Positions 9,300 through 17,445 of a stretch of 64,000 nt of DNA are shown in pieces. Within the stretch, counting starts at the first letter, position 1. Every line of letters starts with the position of its first letter. A program made the translations under genes and the position numbers. Under the pieces are notes generated by a model. That model did not search any database. It worked only from the letters and a program-made list of their open reading frames with translations, and was not told where the DNA came from. Origin of the DNA: an uncultured Eubacteriales bacterium (GTDB lineage: Bacteria > Bacillota > Clostridia > Christensenellales > QAND01); the NCBI GenBank assembly GCA_959600905.1, contig CAUGNO010000003.1, positions 113,136-177,135 of the forward strand, in the 5' to 3' direction.

Positions 9300-10067
9300 T
9301 TATGCAGATTGTTCCATGGAAAGCTTATCCGCGACCAAGGCGATGAATTCTCCGTTGGTCGGCTTATCGTTTTTGGTATATACCTGGAAGCCAAACAGCT
9401 GATTGATGTTTTCGATCCTGCCTCTGGTCCACGCCACCTCTATGGCATGGCGGATGGCGCGTTCCACCTTTGTATCGCTGGTGTCAAAGGCAGCCGCCAC
9501 TTTGGGATACAGCTCTTTTGTAATTTTATTGATGAGCGTGCGATCCTCCATTACCATTTTAATCGCTGCGCGCAGATACTGATACCCCTTGATATGAGCC
9601 GGGATGCCAACGGTTAAAAAGATACTGGTGATCTTTTCATCCAAAGATCTCTCCGCCGGAATGGGCGCAATGCTCTGGTTGAGCCGGCGCTCCTGCTTTG
9701 CGCCTACGATTTCCAATACCCTTCTTTTTAGGTTGTCCATCGAATAAGGTTTGACCATAAAATACTTAGCTCCCAAAGAAAGCGTATGCTGGATGATTTC
9801 TTTGCTGGCAAACCAGGATGTGATGATCACTTCCGGCCTAAGCTGCGGCGGCATCTGCACTACCTGCTCCAATACGCTGATTCCATCCTGCTGTGGTACG
9901 ATCAGATCCAGTACCAAAACGTCTGCCTTGACGAGCTGTTCTTGGGAAACGCAACCGTCCTGCACGGTATCCATCAGCGTAATCCCATCGTCCGCCGCGA
10001 AGTAATCTGCCACCTGTTGGCAAATCTCTTCTTCATCTTCGATCATCAATAGTTGTCTGTTTTCCAT
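9300..10067 (-). CDS. spo0A: sporulation master regulator Spo0A (receiver + Spo0A_C DNA-binding domain)
   Basis: Receiver domain (LMIEDEEE...VLVLDLIVP), and Spo0A-specific C-terminal motifs (HIKGYQYLRAAI, ITKELYPKVA, SDTKVERAIRHAIEVAW). Confidence 0.9.
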   Translation of the reverse strand: MENRQLLMIEDEEEICQQVADYFAADDGITLMDTVQDGCVSQEQLVKADVLVLDLIVPQQDGISVLEQVVQMPPQLRPEVIITSWFASKEIIQHTLSLGAKYFMVKPYSMDNLKRRVLEIVGAKQERRLNQSIAPIPAERSLDEKITSIFLTVGIPAHIKGYQYLRAAIKMVMEDRTLINKITKELYPKVAAAFDTSDTKVERAIRHAIEVAWTRGRIENINQLFGFQVYTKNDKPTNGEFIALVADKLSMEQSA

Positions 10068-10180
10068 GTTACATCCTCCTCATTCTTCCCACTCATTTGT
10101 TTTCCCTTATTACAAGTTTCACCCTTACGCTCGGCATATTACCATATTTCTTGGGAAAGATACTATATGAGTTTAGTTGT

Positions 10181-10207
10181 TTCGACGCAAATCGTTTCAA
10201 TTCGTCA
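10181..10207 (-). promoter_or_regulatory. two 0A-box-like heptamers (CGTCGAA, TGACGAA on the minus strand) about 115-140 nt upstream of spo0A
   Basis: Matches to the TGNCGAA 0A-box consensus in the correct orientation for spo0A autoregulation. Weak, by pattern only. Confidence 0.25.
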
Positions 10208-10268
10208 GAATTTGCTAAAAAAACACTGGCCGCCTGTACCATGCGCTGTAAAATCGGAGGTTTTCTTA

Positions 10269-12521
10269 ATGGTATCGCCTATATCTCGCCGACAAATCAA
10301 ATATTTTTGCATATTGATTGCAATCTGCTTTTCAGTTCTCATTATTTCCCTCTTTTTGTTACAAATCGTACATGGATCCGACTATCGTCAGCAGGCCCAA
10401 GCCTTGCAGGTGCGCACTCTGACTTCCAAGGGTGCGCGCGGCCGGATTACCGACCGCTATGGGACAGAGCTGGCCGGCAATCGCATTTCCTACCAAGTAA
10501 TGTTCTTTCCCTCCGAAGCGGAAAAAGAGCAGTGGAACACCAGCCTTGCCGCTGCTTTAACGCTGATGCGCAGTGCGGGCATCGAATGTGAATATCCTCT
10601 GCCTATTGAACTACATGAATCCGGGTTTGTCTACAATCAATCATCAGAAGAGATTGCCGCCTTTTTATCCCAGCATAAATTGCCAGAGGATACCAGCGCC
10701 GCCGACGCCGTCCAGGCGCTGATGGAAAAATATGAGGCAGGAAATGTGCCGGGAGAGATTGCTTTAGACCTTTTGGGGCTGCGCAGCCAGCTTAGCCTTC
10801 AGTCTTATCGTTCCTATCTGCCAATCTGTCTTGGCGAAAGCGAGGATTTTTCCCTGTGCGCCCGCATCATGGAATACAAACAGCCCGGTATCCGTATCCA
10901 AACCCATTATACCCGTTCCTATCCCCAAGGGGAAACCTTGTGTCATGTTTTGGGCAGTGTGGGCAAAATCCCTGCCGACGAGGCAGACGCTTATCAGGAA
11001 CAGGGCTATGATATTTCCAGCGATATCGTAGGCAAGAGCGGGCTGGAGCAAACGCTGGAACCCTTGCTGCGTACAAAAAAAGGACAGACCCAGCTTTCCG
11101 TCAATAGCCTGGGCCTATCTACTTCTTCTAATGCTATCAATTTGGCAGAGGACGGAGAAACTGTGGTTCTTACCATAGACCTAACCCTACAGCAGGCAGC
11201 GGAAAAAGCATTGCGGCAAACCATGGCAGATATTCGCGCCGGTAAGCTGGGGGAAGCATACCCCAACGCGGAAATTGGCGCTGCGGTATGCATCGATGTG
11301 CATACCGGCGAAGTGCTGGCCTTGGCTTCCGAGCCAGGCTATGATCCCAATGTTTTTACCGAAACGCTGCCGGATGCTGTGTGGCAGACGCTCAGCCCTT
11401 CGTATGTGACGGCCAGCGGCAAGGTAAACAGTGACCCTACCTTGCCGAGGCCGCTGGTCAACAACGCCGTATCCGCCGCCTTCCCGCCCGGCAGCGTATT
11501 CAAGCCCATCACCGCTGCCGCCGCATTGGGCGCAGATAAGGTTACCGCAGAGGAGACCATCTTGGATCTTGGGCGTTATACTGCCTTTTCCGAAACAGAG
11601 GCCCCCGGATGCTGGACCTGGAACGAAAGCCATACCACCCATGGGTATGTAGATCTTCACGATGCGCTGGAAGGTTCCTGCAACTATTATTTTTATGAGG
11701 TTGGGGTACGCACAGGCTCGGAACAGCTTGAAGCCACCGCAGAAAGGTTTGGCCTGGGGCAACAAACCGGCATCGGGTTGTCCGGCGAGGCCAGCGGTAT
11801 GATGGATGGGCAAAAAACAGCGACACGCCTTGTCAACCAGCGTGTCGCCGCTCAATTAAAATCTATGGGATATACCGTAGACGAGGAAACGCTCAGCCAA
11901 ACATTGGCCCCGATCCTCAGCGCCCCCTCCTTACAAAAAGCACGGGAGCAGTTTACGCCGCTTGGCATTCATCCAGAAGATATTCCTGCTTTATACCAAA
12001 CCATCAACGACAACCGTTGGCGTGAATCACGCGTCCTGGCAGCCGCCATCGGACAGGGCGCAGACAGCGTTACCCCGCTGCAAATGGCCAACGCCATCGC
12101 AGCGCTGACCCAAGCTGGATGCCGCTATCAGCCTCAACTGGTGCTCTCGCTGCCGGACAGCCAAGGCCGCCAATCCTCTAAGATGGTCTGCGAACCCTTT
12201 ATGGAAACGCAGGATGTGCAGGATATCCTAAGCGGCATGCAGGCGGTCACGCAGCCGGGCGGCACGGCCGCCAAGTATTTTTCCGACTGTACCGTGTCCG
12301 TAGCTGGCAAAACGGGCACCGCCCAAAGTGAGGGCCGAGACGCGTATGCTTGGTTTGTCGCGGCGGCGCCTGCTGAAAATCCCAGCATTGCCATTGCCGT
12401 TGTCATCGGCCAAGGCGGCCATGGCGGCTATGCCGCCCCCGTAGCCAAGGCAATCATTGAAGCCTATTTTGCTCCTGGTACAGGCAGCGCTTTGGCCAAG
12501 GAAAAAAGCATGCTTCGTTAA
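10269..12521 (+). CDS. class B penicillin-binding protein / peptidoglycan D,D-transpeptidase (PBP2 or SpoVD-like)
   Basis: N-terminal membrane anchor RRQIKYFCILIAICF..., dimerisation domain, and transpeptidase motifs SVFKP (SxxK), SCN (SxN), KTGTA (KTG). Start chosen at the ATG 10269 with a GGAGG RBS; the ORF track's 10053 start is an upstream extension. Confidence 0.8.
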   Translation: MVSPISRRQIKYFCILIAICFSVLIISLFLLQIVHGSDYRQQAQALQVRTLTSKGARGRITDRYGTELAGNRISYQVMFFPSEAEKEQWNTSLAAALTLMRSAGIECEYPLPIELHESGFVYNQSSEEIAAFLSQHKLPEDTSAADAVQALMEKYEAGNVPGEIALDLLGLRSQLSLQSYRSYLPICLGESEDFSLCARIMEYKQPGIRIQTHYTRSYPQGETLCHVLGSVGKIPADEADAYQEQGYDISSDIVGKSGLEQTLEPLLRTKKGQTQLSVNSLGLSTSSNAINLAEDGETVVLTIDLTLQQAAEKALRQTMADIRAGKLGEAYPNAEIGAAVCIDVHTGEVLALASEPGYDPNVFTETLPDAVWQTLSPSYVTASGKVNSDPTLPRPLVNNAVSAAFPPGSVFKPITAAAALGADKVTAEETILDLGRYTAFSETEAPGCWTWNESHTTHGYVDLHDALEGSCNYYFYEVGVRTGSEQLEATAERFGLGQQTGIGLSGEASGMMDGQKTATRLVNQRVAAQLKSMGYTVDEETLSQTLAPILSAPSLQKAREQFTPLGIHPEDIPALYQTINDNRWRESRVLAAAIGQGADSVTPLQMANAIAALTQAGCRYQPQLVLSLPDSQGRQSSKMVCEPFMETQDVQDILSGMQAVTQPGGTAAKYFSDCTVSVAGKTGTAQSEGRDAYAWFVAAAPAENPSIAIAVVIGQGGHGGYAAPVAKAIIEAYFAPGTGSALAKEKSMLR

Positions 12522-13792
12522 ACAGCCAATGTTCTCCCCGTTTCGCCATCCTGTGCCAAAACCCAATATCCATCTCGATAGATGCTGAAGCCCTGCAAAT
12601 AGGCCGGCGGCTGGGGCGCATATTCCCCCGGCACCGCCACAGCCATGGCAACGCTGATGCCCTTGCGCTCTACACAGCCCAACAGGTAGTACCCATATCT
12701 GCTGGGAGCCTCTACCCGTTTCCATTTCCATTGGCCGGCGTATTCCCCGCCCAAAGCCGGCCCTTGTATCTCCTCTTTTACAGGGTTTTCCTGTGTTTCG
12801 CTCATGGGGGTTTCTCTGATTTGCGATCCTCGCAGCGCCCCTGCCTCTAAAACAGATTCCTGGGCCGGCGCAGCTTTTGCTTCTTTCTCGAAGAATGGCT
12901 GAGCTGGGCCTTCCTCTTTTTCTAATTCCTCTTCGGCCACTGGTTCTTCCTCCGGCTGCATCGGCTCGGAGATCGCTTCCGCGATCTGCTGGGCCAGCTG
13001 CTCAGTTGCCTTTTCGCCGGCATTGTGTTCTGTTACAATTATGACCGGCTCTTTCGCCTCCGCATCTTGGCCCTGCAATTCCTGATGAATCAACCGGGAA
13101 ATCTCCTCCACATCCAGCGCGGTTTGTGCCTCTGATTCCGCTGGCGGCTCCTGCATGGGCTGTGCCTGTTGCAGCAGCGTCTCAATGAGCGGCGCCGCCT
13201 GTTCTTCCTCTCTTTCTTTCCGTTGTAACGTTTCCATCTGCCATTTGTCCCCCTGTTGAGCACTAAGCGTTGCGCTCCCTTCTGCCCCCGGAGAAAGCGG
13301 GAAAGTGTACCCTGTATTGTGCATTTCTTCCGATGGGCCTTCTGCCTGGCTTTCCGGCCGTTTTTCTTCCTTATGGGAATGCACTGGTTGGGTTATGGAT
13401 GCTGGGGCCGTGTGTGCTTGCTCGTTGGCCTTCCCCTCTCCCAGCTGGCGCTGTGTCCGAATTCTGGCCTGCATATGGATCCAATCCGCTCTGGGATCGC
13501 ATGATTCACCCAGCGCTACCAGCTGACCGCCCTGGTCTACAATGGCCGCCTCGATACGGGCATTTTGCAATTCCGTTTTTACCTGTAGCCTCAGTTCTCT
13601 GCCGTTGTGGCACATTTCCCACTGCCTTAGCCTGTCTCCATCCCATATATATAGGGTATACGATCCTTTTTGTATCCTAGAAAGGCTTGCCGAAACATTG
13701 CAGGCCTGGTGTGTGAAAAACAATTTGACAAACCCCTGTGCCGTGCGCCCGCTTTGGCCTCTTAGCACAATGTACTGCCGCCACATACTCAT
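12518..13792 (-). CDS. hypothetical protein with a long E/Q/P-rich acidic low-complexity linker between two small globular domains
   Basis: 424-aa ORF from the ATG at 13792 (AGGAGG RBS 6 nt upstream, MSMWRQYIVLRGQ...). The central roughly 200 aa are Glu/Gln/Pro/Ala-rich. Its stop overlaps the PBP stop by 4 nt (convergent). No family recognised. Confidence 0.5.
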   Translation of the reverse strand: MSMWRQYIVLRGQSGRTAQGFVKLFFTHQACNVSASLSRIQKGSYTLYIWDGDRLRQWEMCHNGRELRLQVKTELQNARIEAAIVDQGGQLVALGESCDPRADWIHMQARIRTQRQLGEGKANEQAHTAPASITQPVHSHKEEKRPESQAEGPSEEMHNTGYTFPLSPGAEGSATLSAQQGDKWQMETLQRKEREEEQAAPLIETLLQQAQPMQEPPAESEAQTALDVEEISRLIHQELQGQDAEAKEPVIIVTEHNAGEKATEQLAQQIAEAISEPMQPEEEPVAEEELEKEEGPAQPFFEKEAKAAPAQESVLEAGALRGSQIRETPMSETQENPVKEEIQGPALGGEYAGQWKWKRVEAPSRYGYYLLGCVERKGISVAMAVAVPGEYAPQPPAYLQGFSIYRDGYWVLAQDGETGRTLAV

Positions 13793-13841
13793 GACATTCT
13801 CCTCCTTTGCTGCTCTGATTATGTGTATGCATCGGCGCGCG

Positions 13842-13871
13842 AAAAAAAAACAGGCAATTTGCCTGTTTTTC
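13842..13871 (-). terminator. rho-independent terminator after rsmA (caggcaaattgcctg plus T-run on the minus strand)
   Basis: aaaaaaaaacaggcaatttgcctgttttt; a T-run follows the hairpin on both strands. Confidence 0.6.
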
Positions 13872-13892
13872 TGATCTTTATTCTCATAGCCG

Positions 13893-14756
13893 CTATGGAC
13901 GCTCTGCCAAAACCGCCAACACAGCATCGGATAGCGAAATATAGTCATCGATACTCAGCCGCTCTCCACGATCTGTTGGAGACAGCCCGGCCATTTCGAT
14001 GGCCTTTTGGGCCTGCTCTCTGCCCATCTTTTGAAAATTGGCCAGATTGTTGCATAAGGTCTTGCGCCGCATTGCAAACGCGCTGCGCACCACCTCAAAA
14101 AACAGCGCTTGGTCCTTTGGCGCTTTGGCATAGGGCCGCCGCCGCATCCTTACCACCGTCGACTCTACATCGGGCTGCGGAAAAAAACTGGCAGGCGATA
14201 CTTTTAGCACCGGCTCCACCTCTGCATGGTACTGCACTGCAATGCTCAGCGAGCCATAGGTCTTGCTGCCTGGCGCCGCACAAAGCCGCTGCGCTACCTC
14301 CTTTTGCATCATCAGCACCATGGTTTGCGCACAGGGCAGTTCCTGCAACAGCCGCATCAGAATGGGGGTCGTAACATAGTACGGCAGATTTGCCACCACC
14401 GCCGCAGGGCCACAGGGCACCAAGGCCGCTAAATCTTCCTTGAGCGCATCCCCATGCACCAGGGTAAATGTATCCGCATGGATCTTTTCCTCCAAAAGCC
14501 GGCACATGCCCGCATCCAGCTCCAACGCCGTGACTTGCTTGGCCTTTTGAATCAGCCGTACCGTCAGCGCACCCGGCCCCGGCCCAATTTCCAGTACGTG
14601 GCACTGGGATAAGTCTCCAGCTGCGCTCACAATGGCGTCGCACGCCCTCTGATCGCATAAAAAGTTTTGGCCCAGCCCTTTGTTTGGCGCAAGGCCATAT
14701 GCCTCCAGCGCCTCTCTCAGCTGTGCACGGCTGGCCCCATCGTATTGCAATTCCAT
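13893..14756 (-). CDS. rsmA: 16S rRNA (adenine1518/1519-N6)-dimethyltransferase
   Basis: KGLGQNFLCDQ, VLEIGPGPGALT SAM-binding motifs. 287 aa. Confidence 0.9.
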   Translation of the reverse strand: MELQYDGASRAQLREALEAYGLAPNKGLGQNFLCDQRACDAIVSAAGDLSQCHVLEIGPGPGALTVRLIQKAKQVTALELDAGMCRLLEEKIHADTFTLVHGDALKEDLAALVPCGPAAVVANLPYYVTTPILMRLLQELPCAQTMVLMMQKEVAQRLCAAPGSKTYGSLSIAVQYHAEVEPVLKVSPASFFPQPDVESTVVRMRRRPYAKAPKDQALFFEVVRSAFAMRRKTLCNNLANFQKMGREQAQKAIEMAGLSPTDRGERLSIDDYISLSDAVLAVLAERP

Positions 14757-14769
14757 GCTGTCTCCCTTT

Positions 14770-16548
14770 CTATGGACGGCGGCAGATTGTCACCGTTACA
14801 TTGCGTTTGCGCCCCCAGCGCAAGCAGTCCTCCTTCGTATCCATAAATAGATCAATGGATACCAAAGAAGAATCATTGGCGCCAGTGTCCTCGGCCACAG
14901 CATACCCGTAGCCCGGCACATAAAACATCGTGCCATATCCAAAGATTTTTGGATTCACAGCACACATGCCTACCTTTGGCCACTTGCCCGTCGCAGTGCG
15001 GTGGCCAGTATGGGTATAGGCTGTGATCTGGTCCACCGTTACCTTCCGGATCACCATGCTGCTGGTCGGCGTTTCCGGCAGGCCCTTTACTGCAGGGTTC
15101 ATCGGCGGCCCGGTACCGATCAGCACCACCTTGTTGACGGGCTCTTTTGTTACTTCGTTGGAGGTCTCCACGCGTTTAACTTCCTTGCCGTCTTTATACA
15201 CGACCTTTTCTTTGATGGTGCGCACACCCTGCTCGCCCTTTTGTGAAATCTCTGTTTCCCCGCGCTCTACCCGGTTGCTCTTTTTCTCCACCGTCTCAAA
15301 CGCTATTTTTTCAGTGCGTGTTTCTGTACGGATCGCCAACCGTACCAGCGAAACCGTCATTCCATCACTGATCTCAGTATCCAAAGACGGCGAAATTTCG
15401 TCCTCGGTATCATATTCCAAGCCGGATTTATCCAGCGCGTCCTTTACCGTACCCTTGGCCAGCATTACAGTAGTATCGCCTGCCTTGGCCAAAATGCGAA
15501 TCTCCTTGGCCCGGGTAATGGCCACGGACATATCCTCTGTGATCTCGGTATCCAGCGGCGTATCGATCAAGTCATCTGTGCCCAGCGATACGCCCGCCTT
15601 TTCCAAGGCTTGCTGCAAGGTTCCCTGCGCAAGCTTTGTCTGCACCTGCTTGCCATCCCCGGTATCGATGGTTATGGTTTTAGCCCGAATGATATGTACG
15701 GCCATTTCGTCTGCCAGCTCTGTTTCCAGCGGTATATCGATGATGTCATCTGCTTCCAGCACAATGCCCGCTTCTGCCAGCATTTCCTCTACATTTGGCG
15801 TGGCAGTGCGAATCTGTGTGATCGTACCATTGTCATCTACGGACAGGTATACATACCTGCCTTCAAAATAGTACCAGCCGCCCCAACCCAGTGCTACGCA
15901 TACCAAGCAGCCCAGTATGCCCACTGCCAGTCGTTTTTTCCAGCCGCTGCGTTTTTCCATTGTCTTGGCAGAAGCGGTCGCTTTTTCTTCTAACGGCTTT
16001 GGCCCACTGAGGGTTTTCTGCTGTTTTCTATGTTTTTCCACTACCGATTCGGCAATCGGCTCTTTCTTCCCCTTTTGCTTTTTTCGGTTAAAGTCTATGA
16101 TCTTTCCTTTATACTTCGGCTCGGGCTGATCCGGCAGCGGCCGATATACCGAAGGCTCTTGCTTTTTGGGCCGTGGCGCTACATCGGCCATCACGACAGA
16201 GGGTTCCGCAGCTTCCACTGCCTCCTGCCGTGCCGGCCCGGCATTTACCACCTTCGTGCTTTGTACCGGCGGCTTTGGCGTCGCCGCCCTTCCTCTATTC
16301 TTCCTCGTCTTGCAGAGGGCTTTCCAAACCCACTGGGCCAAGGCATACACGCCGATAAAAGGCAGCGCCAAAACAGACGCAACCGCATGCGCTGCACGCC
16401 TGATCGTTCGCTTTGCCTTTGCCAAAAGCCCTCTGCGCCGAGACATCCCAAAGTCCTTATTCGTTTTCAAGATGGAGGATGTCTGCTCTCCACTGAAAAC
16501 CATGAAGTCTCGTTTGCGCAATCGGCTTTTTCGTCTGCGCCTAGGCAT
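14770..16548 (-). CDS. YabE-like cell-wall protein: N-terminal TM, repeated DUF348 units, G5 domain, C-terminal 3D (MltA-like) domain
   Basis: Lys-rich cytoplasmic N-terminus and a TM helix. Three repeats (DDIIDIPLETELADEMAVHIIRA / DDLIDTPLDTEITEDMSVAITRA / EDEISPSLDTEISDGMTVSLVRL). C-terminal 3D domain (GMCAVNPKIFGYGTMFYVPGYGYAVAEDTG). GGGAGGG RBS. Confidence 0.7.
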   Translation of the reverse strand: MPRRRRKSRLRKRDFMVFSGEQTSSILKTNKDFGMSRRRGLLAKAKRTIRRAAHAVASVLALPFIGVYALAQWVWKALCKTRKNRGRAATPKPPVQSTKVVNAGPARQEAVEAAEPSVVMADVAPRPKKQEPSVYRPLPDQPEPKYKGKIIDFNRKKQKGKKEPIAESVVEKHRKQQKTLSGPKPLEEKATASAKTMEKRSGWKKRLAVGILGCLVCVALGWGGWYYFEGRYVYLSVDDNGTITQIRTATPNVEEMLAEAGIVLEADDIIDIPLETELADEMAVHIIRAKTITIDTGDGKQVQTKLAQGTLQQALEKAGVSLGTDDLIDTPLDTEITEDMSVAITRAKEIRILAKAGDTTVMLAKGTVKDALDKSGLEYDTEDEISPSLDTEISDGMTVSLVRLAIRTETRTEKIAFETVEKKSNRVERGETEISQKGEQGVRTIKEKVVYKDGKEVKRVETSNEVTKEPVNKVVLIGTGPPMNPAVKGLPETPTSSMVIRKVTVDQITAYTHTGHRTATGKWPKVGMCAVNPKIFGYGTMFYVPGYGYAVAEDTGANDSSLVSIDLFMDTKEDCLRWGRKRNVTVTICRRP

Positions 16549-16755
16549 CTAAGCCCTCCCATCCCATTTGAATGTAGAGAAATTATAAGCCCTATGGTAC
16601 AAAAGTGTCAAATTTTGACTCAAAATCGCAAAGTTTTTTTAATATTTTTTGTGTTTTTCCGCGTTTTTTTGACCCCATTCCCTATTTTCCTTCATTCGCC
16701 ATATTTTGTGCCGTATAAAAAATACCCTTCCCCCGGATGGAGGAAGGGCATTTTC

Positions 16756-16926
16756 TTACAGGCTACCATACCATTTGCAGATCGGTGCTTCCCAAGCGCC
16801 GATCACACGCTGAAATTGTAAGGCGGCCGGATACCGACAACGAAAGCAAACGTTGTATTTGCAATCCACTGCCGTACATTTGACCGGACTGTTTCTCTGG
16901 GGCGGCTGTCTGACAAAATCCTTCAT
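16756..16926 (-). CDS. small Cys-rich DUF1540-like protein (56 aa)
   Basis: MKDFVRQPPQRNSPVKCTAVDCKYNVCFRCRYP... ATG preceded by an AAAGGAGGA RBS (7-nt spacing). Confidence 0.5.
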   Translation of the reverse strand: MKDFVRQPPQRNSPVKCTAVDCKYNVCFRCRYPAALQFQRVIGAWEAPICKWYGSL

Positions 16927-16929
16927 GGC

Positions 16930-17134
16930 CGAATCCTCCTTTGAAGAAATCCGCTGGTCTTGATGCCGGGCCCTGCAGGCATTTTCCTGGCCGGTTTCCG
17001 CGGGGCTAAATGAATGACATCGGGTATTGTTTTTTCCGCGCCCCTGTTGGATGACCGATACCAAGGTTGCCGCGCATATGCCCTGCGCGTTGTGCTTGCA
17101 GCGTATGCTGTTGCAAGCAATGGGGATATGCTGG
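16930..17134 (-). other. second DUF1540-like motif region (IPIACNSIRCKHNAQGICAA) with no clean ATG/RBS; only a TTG at 17196 that overlaps the upstream ORF in another frame
   Basis: Translation of the 146-aa ORF frame shows a DUF1540 motif, but the start is ambiguous. Either a TTG-initiated overlapping gene or a frameshifted relic. Confidence 0.3.
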
Positions 17135-17287
17135 TTATTTTGCTTTATAGCTGCAGCAGAGGGTATGTTCTGCGCTTCCGTCCTGTTTGCAGCCAATGCT
17201 AATGCTATCCAGCGTACATTCCTTGCACTGCTCGTTGAAACGACAGCTGTCTACGCTACAATCGATGATGGTTTTGTGTTCAAACAT
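17135..17287 (-). CDS. small Cys-rich DUF1540-like protein (50 aa)
   Basis: MFEHKTIIDCSVDSCRFNEQCKECTLDSISIGCKQDGSAEHTLCCSYKAK. Strong AGGAGG RBS 7 nt upstream. CxxxxCxxN motif typical of DUF1540. Confidence 0.55.
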   Translation of the reverse strand: MFEHKTIIDCSVDSCRFNEQCKECTLDSISIGCKQDGSAEHTLCCSYKAK

Positions 17288-17445
17288 GCTTTGCACCTCC
17301 TCGTCCTAATCCGTGGTCAATGATAGTATGCGCAGCATAAGGATTTTGTCTCTGGCAAAATCCGCCAAGGTGCTGTACAGTTGAAAACAACTGGAAAATC
17401 ATGTATGCTTGGTATGTTCATTTTGTGCGTAAACGAGGGACTTTT

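Noticed and set aside
10053-10268. Upstream 72-codon extension of the PBP ORF
   Set aside because: It has no RBS and falls in the spo0A divergent promoter region. The ATG at 10269 follows a GGAGG and gives the canonical PBP N-terminus.
11187-11855. 222-aa minus-strand ORF and other ORFs inside the PBP gene
   Set aside because: Antisense to strongly conserved transpeptidase motifs; high-GC frame artefacts.
13256-13874. Several plus-strand ORFs (82-136 aa) inside the acidic protein gene
   Set aside because: Mirror-frame ORFs created by the GAA/GAG-rich repeat coding region on the other strand.
15023-15871. 282-aa Ser-rich ORF on the plus strand
   Set aside because: Antisense shadow of the yabE-like gene (mirror of its acidic repeat region); no start context.
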